Under the pieces are notes generated by a model that was not told where the DNA came from, made no database searches, and worked only from the letters and a program-made list of their open reading frames with translations. A DNA stretch of 64,000 bases. It comes from Candidatus Latescibacterota bacterium (lineage in GTDB: Bacteria; Latescibacterota; UBA2968). Made by a program: the position numbers and the translations under genes. The stretch lies in contig OZ242195.1 of assembly GCA_965205975.1 (NCBI GenBank), positions 5,120,001 to 5,184,000 of the forward strand. Direction: 5' to 3'. This document shows, piece by piece, positions 57,650 to 64,000 of this stretch (the first letter of the stretch is position 1; each line of letters opens with the position of its first letter).

Positions 57650-57858
57650 GGGTGCTCCTGTGGAATTAGTTGGTCTCATTGTGCGCTATAGAGTTTCTTT
57701 AATATATTGAGAAACGCATCTTGTGTCTAACCAAAGAATGTGGGCACAAGATAGCTGATTACCTCTCATTTCTTGCGTCTTTTGTCTCTCTTTTGTAATA
57801 TCTTCACTGACCAGACATATAATACCAGAATACAGGCTATTTATTTTGGAGGAATACG

Positions 57859-58896
57859 ATGGGAAAGCAGCAAATAGCAGCGACGACGCTCAATAAAGAC
57901 GATTTGATCGTTATTTGCGGGGCGGGTGGTTTTATTGCCGGTGCATTGACGCGATATTTTCACGATCAGGGGTTTGTGCGGCTTCGCGCTGTTGATAAGA
58001 AGCCCTTGCCCGAGTGGTACCAGCGCGTGCCAGGGGTGGAGAATTTGTGTTTGGATTTGAGCGATGAAGACAATTGCAAACGCGCCGTTGAGGGTGCTGT
58101 CGAAGTGTACAATCTCGCGGCGGATATGGGGGGCATGGGATTTATTGAGCGATTCAGGATCGACTGTTTGCGGAGTATTCTGATCAATACTCATCTGATT
58201 GAAGCGGCCTATTGGGCAGGTGTTGAGCGGTATTTCTTTTCTTCTTCTGCCTGCGCGTACAATACTGAATTGCAGGAGGATCCCAATGTGCGCGCTCTGA
58301 AAGAATCAGATGCGTATCCGGCTATGGCAGAGCGTGGATACGGTTGGGAAAAGTTGGTTTCGGAGATGTTTTGCGAGGAATACTGGTCTGAACGCGGTAT
58401 GAAGACCGCGATTGCGCGGTTCCACAATGTGTATGGTCCTTATGGGACGTGGGATGGCGGACGAGAGAAGGCACCTGCGGCACTTTGCCGCAAGGCGATT
58501 GAGGCCAAAGATAACGGCAAACTCGAGATTGATATTTGGGGCGATGGCAACCAGACGCGCAGTTTTATGTATGTTGACGATTGTATCAGAGGCGTCGATA
58601 TGATTATGCACAGTGAAGATTTGATTGCAACGCCTATCAATCTCGGTTCGAGCGAATTGGTTTCTATCAATGAACTGGTGAGTGTTATTGAGGAAATCGG
58701 CGATGTTAAACTCAATCGCACGTATGATCTCACGGCGCCCCAGGGCGTTGCCGGGCGCAATAGTGACAATGAGATGATTAAAGAAATGCTCGACTGGGAG
58801 CCTGATACCTCTTTGCGCGATGGTATGGCTAAGACTTATGCCTGGATTGCACAGCAATACGCCGATCGCAAAGCGGGTAAGCCGACGGTGAGTTAG
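57859..58896 (+). CDS. GDP-mannose 3,5-epimerase-like extended SDR
   Basis: GAGGFIA, NLAADMGGMGFI, SSAC.Y, YGWEK, RFHNVYGP.GTW.GGREKAPAA.CRK. Confidence 0.85.
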   Translation: MGKQQIAATTLNKDDLIVICGAGGFIAGALTRYFHDQGFVRLRAVDKKPLPEWYQRVPGVENLCLDLSDEDNCKRAVEGAVEVYNLAADMGGMGFIERFRIDCLRSILINTHLIEAAYWAGVERYFFSSSACAYNTELQEDPNVRALKESDAYPAMAERGYGWEKLVSEMFCEEYWSERGMKTAIARFHNVYGPYGTWDGGREKAPAALCRKAIEAKDNGKLEIDIWGDGNQTRSFMYVDDCIRGVDMIMHSEDLIATPINLGSSELVSINELVSVIEEIGDVKLNRTYDLTAPQGVAGRNSDNEMIKEMLDWEPDTSLRDGMAKTYAWIAQQYADRKAGKPTVS

Positions 58897-58913
58897 GCAG
58901 GGGTATTTATTAT

Positions 58914-59711
58914 ATGGGCAGAGATATTACGAGTGTTATTGGCAATATTCCCTTTCGCATGGCTTTTGCTGGTGGGTGGATTGATCAGCCGTTTTTGTCA
59001 CAGCTCAATCCATCGCCTCCCGGGTCTATGGTTGTGGTTTCGCTCGAGCCGACCAGTCGTTTTATGAATCGCTGTGGTATGGCGACGAGTACGCGAGATG
59101 TTGCGATGAGGCTCTGGGGTTCTACGTTTCCCGACCGACCGCCATCCGATCTGGTGAAGGAATTGTACACAGTTGAAAATGAGGGCAAGGCCGAGCCGTC
59201 GGGGTCGCAAGATATGGTCGGGTTGCTTTATCCAGGTGTGAGCAGGCTCGACTACGATTGCGAGTACGAGGGGGGGTATTTTCCGGTTCATATCGAGTCC
59301 AATAATGATCCCGATGTCGCGCGTTGGCTCGAGGATGTGATCTACATGGTTCCGGTTGCGCCGCGGCCCGATGGCTATGAGCCGTTGGGTGAGAAGAATT
59401 TGGATCCGATATGGATTGAGAGATTGAGTCAGTCGGGCAAGGATTGTTATGATGCGATTATTGCCAGGGATACTCGGGGGTTGGGCGCGTCGTTGAATGA
59501 GTGTATGGTGTGTTGGGAGACTCTTTTGCCGCATACGGTGCGTCATCCGACTATTCAGATTGATTTGATGGGTATTCTGGAATATTATCAGTCCAGATAT
59601 GTCGGGGCGATGTATTCGGGGTGTGGCGGTGGGTATATTTACGTTGTGTCTGAAGAACCCGTGCCGGGCGCACTTCGCGTAGATGTCCGATATAAAAAAT
59701 GTGAGATGTAG
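58914..59711 (+). CDS. GHMP kinase-like protein (sugar kinase)
   Basis: PFRMAFAGGWIDQP, SGSQD, SGCGGGY. Confidence 0.7.
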   Translation: MGRDITSVIGNIPFRMAFAGGWIDQPFLSQLNPSPPGSMVVVSLEPTSRFMNRCGMATSTRDVAMRLWGSTFPDRPPSDLVKELYTVENEGKAEPSGSQDMVGLLYPGVSRLDYDCEYEGGYFPVHIESNNDPDVARWLEDVIYMVPVAPRPDGYEPLGEKNLDPIWIERLSQSGKDCYDAIIARDTRGLGASLNECMVCWETLLPHTVRHPTIQIDLMGILEYYQSRYVGAMYSGCGGGYIYVVSEEPVPGALRVDVRYKKCEM

Positions 59712-59731
59712 GGGCGAGGCATGCCTCGCCC
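59708..59731 (+). repeat. GTAG-type REP hairpin overlapping a stop codon
   Basis: GTAG followed by the perfect 20-bp palindrome GGGCGAGGCATGCCTCGCCC. Confidence 0.8.
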
Positions 59732-59752
59732 AATAAGATAAAGAGATGTAAT

Positions 59753-60550
59753 ATGAAGACGGTCATTGTTTCAGGTAGTTTTGACGATATGAGGGCGCGC
59801 GATATCCGTTTTTTGCAAGAGGCTTCCAGATACGGATGTCTTCACGCGCTGGTATGGGGGGATGATGCTATTGAGGGGCGACCCAAATTTCCACAAGAAG
59901 AACGCATGTATATGATGGATGCGATTCGCTATGTGGATTGCGCCACGCTTATTACGGAGTTGGTGGATAAAGACGGTCTTCCCGATGCGGTCCAGGCCGA
60001 TATGTGGGTGGTGGATGAACGAGACGATACGCCGCAGAGACGACATTTTTGCAAGGTACACAATATTGCATATCGCGTTTTGACTGCAGATGATGTGAGG
60101 GGGTTTCCGATAGAAGAGGTAGCGGATGGAGATGCGAATAATAAAAAAGTGATTGTTACGGGGTGTTTTGACTGGTTCCACTCCGGGCATATCCGGTTTT
60201 TTGAAGAGGTGTCTGAGTTGGGCGATTTATACGTGGTTGTGGGGCACGATGCAAATGTCCGTTTGCTCAAGGGAGAACATCATCCGATGTTCGATGAAGA
60301 CGAACGCCGGTATGTGGTGCAATCCGTCCGTTTTGTCAAACAGGGGCTTATTTCCTCTGGCGATGGATGGATGGATGCCGCGCCTGAGATCGCGGTTATT
60401 AAACCGGATATTTACGCGGTGAATGAAGACGGCGATAAGCCTGAGAAGAGAGTTTTTTGCGAGGAACACGGTCTGGAATACGTCGTGTTAAAACGCGCGC
60501 CAAAGGAAGGATTGCCGCGCAGAGAGAGTACGGTTTTGCGAGGGTTTTGA
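59753..60550 (+). CDS. Cytidylyltransferase-like protein with two tandem domains
   Basis: Domain 1 SGSFDDMRARD (HxGH degenerate); domain 2 TGCFDWFHSGH; RESTVLR. Confidence 0.85.
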   Translation: MKTVIVSGSFDDMRARDIRFLQEASRYGCLHALVWGDDAIEGRPKFPQEERMYMMDAIRYVDCATLITELVDKDGLPDAVQADMWVVDERDDTPQRRHFCKVHNIAYRVLTADDVRGFPIEEVADGDANNKKVIVTGCFDWFHSGHIRFFEEVSELGDLYVVVGHDANVRLLKGEHHPMFDEDERRYVVQSVRFVKQGLISSGDGWMDAAPEIAVIKPDIYAVNEDGDKPEKRVFCEEHGLEYVVLKRAPKEGLPRRESTVLRGF

Positions 60551-60640
60551 TTTTTCATAATGAAACTTTATCGCAGAGCGTTTTGTCTTTGTATTTAGTG
60601 AAATTAAGACCTCTATAGCTCTAAATAACAGGATTGTGCG

Positions 60641-62173
60641 ATGTCAAATGTTCTTCTCGATAAACCCGATCTCGAATCCCATTTTAAAGCGCTTGGCTTT
60701 GACAGGGTGCTCGCTTATAGACTCTGGTGTTACCGCAATGGATTGGATACCGGTCTGGATAAAACCGCTGCTCAACGTCAGGCGGAAATTGATCTTTTGC
60801 AACGCGAGGTTGAGCAGCGCGATCCCGATGTTAGCCCGAGGCACAATGCCCACCGCGCCAAATTTATTGCCCGTATCTTTAAAGGCGAGCTTCAGGACGA
60901 GACTGTCTCCGATTTGCTCTTTCGCATTCGCGCGATTTACAATAATCTCGATGGTGATCCCGACGCGCAACGAGCATTGGGTCGCCTTGTTCTGCACGTT
61001 GAAAAATACGGCGATTTGATGCGGCCCGCACGCGCCTGCAAGCGTTTTGGCCATACGGTTGTCAATACCTATATCGCCGCTCTTGAGCAACTCGCGCGCA
61101 ATCACTCGGACTGGATTCGTCCCGTTGAGGATTGGCGACCTAATAGCTATAAACCAGCGCACCAATTCTATAGCCTTGCGCGTCATCTTCTGGCACAATA
61201 CGATGTGCCCGCATTTTTTGATACGGCATTTTTGCAGGGCAATACACCAAAGGCGCGACAGGAACAAGCGTGGTTCATTCACGTTGGCATGGGGCAAAAT
61301 ATCCGTACAGCCGGTGTGCCTATGCGGATTACAAAGCGCATGGCGCATTTGCTTTTGCAAGAAAAACGCGGTTATCACACGGTTGTTCAGTGTCTTCGCA
61401 AGGTTCAGTACATAGCTTATGGCGGCAATCCGAAAAGTGCCTGGGAAATTGCCCATGGGCCGCTGGGGGAAGGATTCGAGAACGAAGATTTTTGGGAGAC
61501 TGTTGTCCATTTTCTCGCCAATCAGGCTTTTCTCGAACGCAGCTATATCAATCCCATCATAGACTATATCCGCAATCAAAAATTCACGCCTCAGCGCATG
61601 CCACAACCCGATGGCACGGAGATCGAAGGTCCGCCGCTACATCCCAACTTTTGCATGAAGGGCCGCAGTATTAACAAACTGCTCCGCCAGGTGGATCAAT
61701 GGCATCAAGAGCTTACGGGTTTGGAGGATGTCGAGCTGGAAATCTGGGCGTCTTCTGGATTCAGGGAGTTTGAACATGTGACACTGGACCCCAAGCTCAA
61801 ACGCAATGTCCAGTGGACGGTTCACGAACTCATTACTTCTCAACAACTCTACGCCGAGGGGCGCATTATGCATCACTGCGCGGGGTCTTATGCCAAACGC
61901 TGTGCGGCGGGTGAGCGTTCTCTCTGGTCTTTGCGTGCGCTCGATCTCGACGCTGCCGAAGAGAATCAGATGCAGGAACATGTGCTTACCATTGAGGTCG
62001 ATAATAAGAAAAAATCCGTCGTTCAAAACGCCGGCAAATTCAATCTCAAACCCTTTGGCAAAAAACATCTCGCCAAACAACGCCAAACGGGGAATGTCTA
62101 TCTCCATCTCCTCCGCGAGGCACCGACGATTATGCGTCTGTGGATGAACCGCGAAGGGTTGTCCCATGGATAG
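60641..62173 (+). CDS. PcfJ-like domain protein
   Basis: L..EGRIMHHCAGSY..RC..G..SLWSL, LTIEV; RHLLAQYDVPAF. Confidence 0.8.
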   Translation: MSNVLLDKPDLESHFKALGFDRVLAYRLWCYRNGLDTGLDKTAAQRQAEIDLLQREVEQRDPDVSPRHNAHRAKFIARIFKGELQDETVSDLLFRIRAIYNNLDGDPDAQRALGRLVLHVEKYGDLMRPARACKRFGHTVVNTYIAALEQLARNHSDWIRPVEDWRPNSYKPAHQFYSLARHLLAQYDVPAFFDTAFLQGNTPKARQEQAWFIHVGMGQNIRTAGVPMRITKRMAHLLLQEKRGYHTVVQCLRKVQYIAYGGNPKSAWEIAHGPLGEGFENEDFWETVVHFLANQAFLERSYINPIIDYIRNQKFTPQRMPQPDGTEIEGPPLHPNFCMKGRSINKLLRQVDQWHQELTGLEDVELEIWASSGFREFEHVTLDPKLKRNVQWTVHELITSQQLYAEGRIMHHCAGSYAKRCAAGERSLWSLRALDLDAAEENQMQEHVLTIEVDNKKKSVVQNAGKFNLKPFGKKHLAKQRQTGNVYLHLLREAPTIMRLWMNREGLSHG

Positions 62174-63212
62174 TACTGCGATAGCCGGTCACGCGTTTCC
62201 CTTTGTCGAAGTTTCTGGTACGGCGTACGATATGGGTTATCAACACGGCAAACAGGCCGCGGGTCTCGTGCATAAATATCTCGTGTGGATTGATAAACTC
62301 ACGGGCAAATCTCGCGATGAACTCTGTCAAAGTGCGCGTGCTTTTCATCCTTTAATTAAAAATTTGAGTCCGCTGCTTATGGAAGAGATTCGCGGGCTGG
62401 CCGATGGTGCGGGTATTTCTTTTGATGAGGCGCTTTTGTGTCAGGCGCGGGGCGAGGCCGCCAGTGTTCCGCCCGAGGGGTGTACGGCGTTCGCGCTTAC
62501 GGGTTCTGCGACTGCCGATGGGTATCCCCTGGCTGGTCAAAATCAGGATCTCGCGGTCGAATACGCCGATGTCGCCATTCTTTTGCATGTCTGTCCTTCT
62601 GATGGTCGGCCCCGTGCTCTGATCTTCACTTTTGCCGGACAGTTGGGTTATTCGGGTATGAATCAGTACGGTCTGGCTCATTTTGCCAATGCGCTCTACG
62701 ATTGCCCCTGGCAGATGGGTTTGCCTCACTATCCGCTCAAACGCATTATGCTGGAGCAGAAGGGGCTGGATACCTGTCTTCGGATTCTCAGACGGCATCC
62801 TACCTGTTCGGCCGGGAATATGGTTTTTTGTTTTGGCGATGGGCAAATTGCCGATCTGGAAATCCGTCCCGAAGGCGTGATGCAATTTACCGATACACAT
62901 CCCGATGCGATTGTTCATGCCAATCACTATCTCACCCCCGAATTTGCACCCTGTGAGACCAATAGTCTCGCCGATTCCTGTCCCCGACGCGATAGGATGC
63001 GCGATCTGGTTAAAGAACACTGGGGCGATATCACGGTGGATACGATGAAGGCCATTCTCTCGGATCACGATGGCGATCCCGCGGCGATATGCCGCCACGG
63101 TGCTGTAGATATGTTTTCTATTTCGGGTTATATCGCCGAACCCGCAAAGGGGTTGCTCCACGTGAGACGCGGACTGGGCTGCACGGGAACGTGGACGGCT
63201 TATGAGGTGTAG
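62166..63212 (+). CDS. Peptidase C45 family Ntn-hydrolase (acyl-CoA:6-APA acyltransferase-like)
   Basis: G..Y.MGYQHG, GCT autocleavage site, GQNQD, GMNQYGL, HANHYL. Confidence 0.88.
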   Translation: MDSTAIAGHAFPFVEVSGTAYDMGYQHGKQAAGLVHKYLVWIDKLTGKSRDELCQSARAFHPLIKNLSPLLMEEIRGLADGAGISFDEALLCQARGEAASVPPEGCTAFALTGSATADGYPLAGQNQDLAVEYADVAILLHVCPSDGRPRALIFTFAGQLGYSGMNQYGLAHFANALYDCPWQMGLPHYPLKRIMLEQKGLDTCLRILRRHPTCSAGNMVFCFGDGQIADLEIRPEGVMQFTDTHPDAIVHANHYLTPEFAPCETNSLADSCPRRDRMRDLVKEHWGDITVDTMKAILSDHDGDPAAICRHGAVDMFSISGYIAEPAKGLLHVRRGLGCTGTWTAYEV

Positions 63213-63244
63213 TGTTTTTTCAGGGGGTCCAGGTTTTGGCGCGT

Positions 63245-63335
63245 TCAGGCAATGAAGAAATTGGTGCCAGTGCCTTCGGTGATAAAGCCGCGTTCGTCGG
63301 TGAGGAGGGCGTTGGCACCTTTTTTGATATTTTTT
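63245..63335 (-). pseudogene. Fragment of a class IV PLP aminotransferase gene
   Basis: Manual translation KKGANALLTDERGFITEGTGTNFFIA*, the IlvE-type ALL.D..G...EG.G.N.F motif. Confidence 0.6.
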
Positions 63336-63337
63336 TG

Positions 63338-63781
63338 TTGCAGTATGTGGGGACGGGGATTACGACGGCGTTTGCGCTTCAGTTGGGCGCGGTGATGCCG
63401 ACAGCGACGCTGCCGGGGGTGACGGCGAGTCATTCTTATGAGGACGATTTGATTGTGGATGCACATTCGGTACAGCGCGGGTTTATGAAGGTTCCAGAGG
63501 GACCTGGTCTGGGCGTGGTGCTGGATGAGGATGCCGTGGCGAAGTATCGGGAGACACCTGCTGTGGAATGGCCCCGGCATGTTTCGGTGGTAACGCTGCC
63601 GGGTGGTATCAAACATTTTTATAAAAATTTGCAGCAGGCAGAGCGGCTGATGAAACAGGGGGTGGATGAGTCGTTTGCGCCGGGCGTGCGCCTGGATGAG
63701 TGGGAGGACGATGGGAGCGAGGAATTTGACAGGCTGTGGACCCAATTGCAGGCGCAGGATGCGCCGATTTGGGACGAGTGA
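63338..63781 (+). pseudogene. C-terminal fragment of a mandelate racemase/enolase superfamily gene
   Basis: QYVGTGITTAFALQLGAV...YEDDLI...GFMKVPEGPGLGVVLDEDAV; N-terminal and metal-binding regions missing. Confidence 0.65.
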
Positions 63782-63783
63782 AG

Positions 63784-64000
63784 ATGAGATGGTTTTTAAC
63801 AGTATTGTTGCTGTGGCCCCTGTGTGGGCAGACCGAGGAGAGAATATTGATGCAGGTTACGACGACGATTGATTTTGGCAAAGATGTGGGGCAGAACTGG
63901 GGTACGCTGTTTGAGGCGCGAGATTCAGAGGGCCGCACAGTTTTGGGCGCGGGGTTTACAGGTGTTTATAATACGGCGTTTCGCATGGATCGATATACGT
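63784..64000 (+). CDS. Secreted hypothetical protein (partial, runs off window end)
   Basis: Manual translation MRWFLTVLLLWPLCGQ...IDFGKDVGQNWGTLFEARD..., open to the end of the window. Confidence 0.65.
   Translation, partial: MRWFLTVLLLWPLCGQTEERILMQVTTTIDFGKDVGQNWGTLFEARDSEGRTVLGAGFTGVYNTAFRMDRYT

Noticed and set aside
1..64000. rRNA, tRNA, riboswitch, prophage or autonomous IS
   Set aside because: No recognisable sequence or gene for these; intergenic gaps are short and accounted for. A small ncRNA cannot be excluded without a covariance-model search

Overview
Bacterial chromosomal window, mostly housekeeping and catabolic genes: the ileS 3' end, argGH, a UMP kinase with purD, purE, truC, an FKBP, glcB, coaX, a polyamine-type ABC transporter with duplicated binding proteins, a sulfatase, a heparinase II/III-like lyase, a glycogen debranching enzyme, three Gfo/Idh/MocA oxidoreductases and two PhyH dioxygenases. 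This repertoire resembles Latescibacterota/Poribacteria-like heterotrophs (inference only). I found no rRNA, tRNA, CRISPR array, integrase or transposase. The accessory content is rich. (i) An AT-richer ~4 kb cargo of toxin-antitoxin and PIN genes plus gene fragments is bracketed by a pair of inverted 35-36 bp palindromic elements (1762-5808). (ii) A three-gene MoxR AAA+ / GXGXG beta-helix / degenerate-zincin-vWA cassette is bracketed by 67-bp direct repeats (25694-29614); this is the best candidate for an undescribed system. (iii) Modular intergenic repeats (GTAG REP hairpins, 8/10/16-mer tandem arrays, a TTA-flanked MITE, a shared covarying hairpin) often overlap stop codons. (iv) There is also a Cyc2-like monoheme cytochrome-porin fusion, a type II R-M locus with an extra methyltransferase, several small TA pairs and several chimeric gene-fragment scars. 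Family assignments come from motif recognition by eye, not from database searches.
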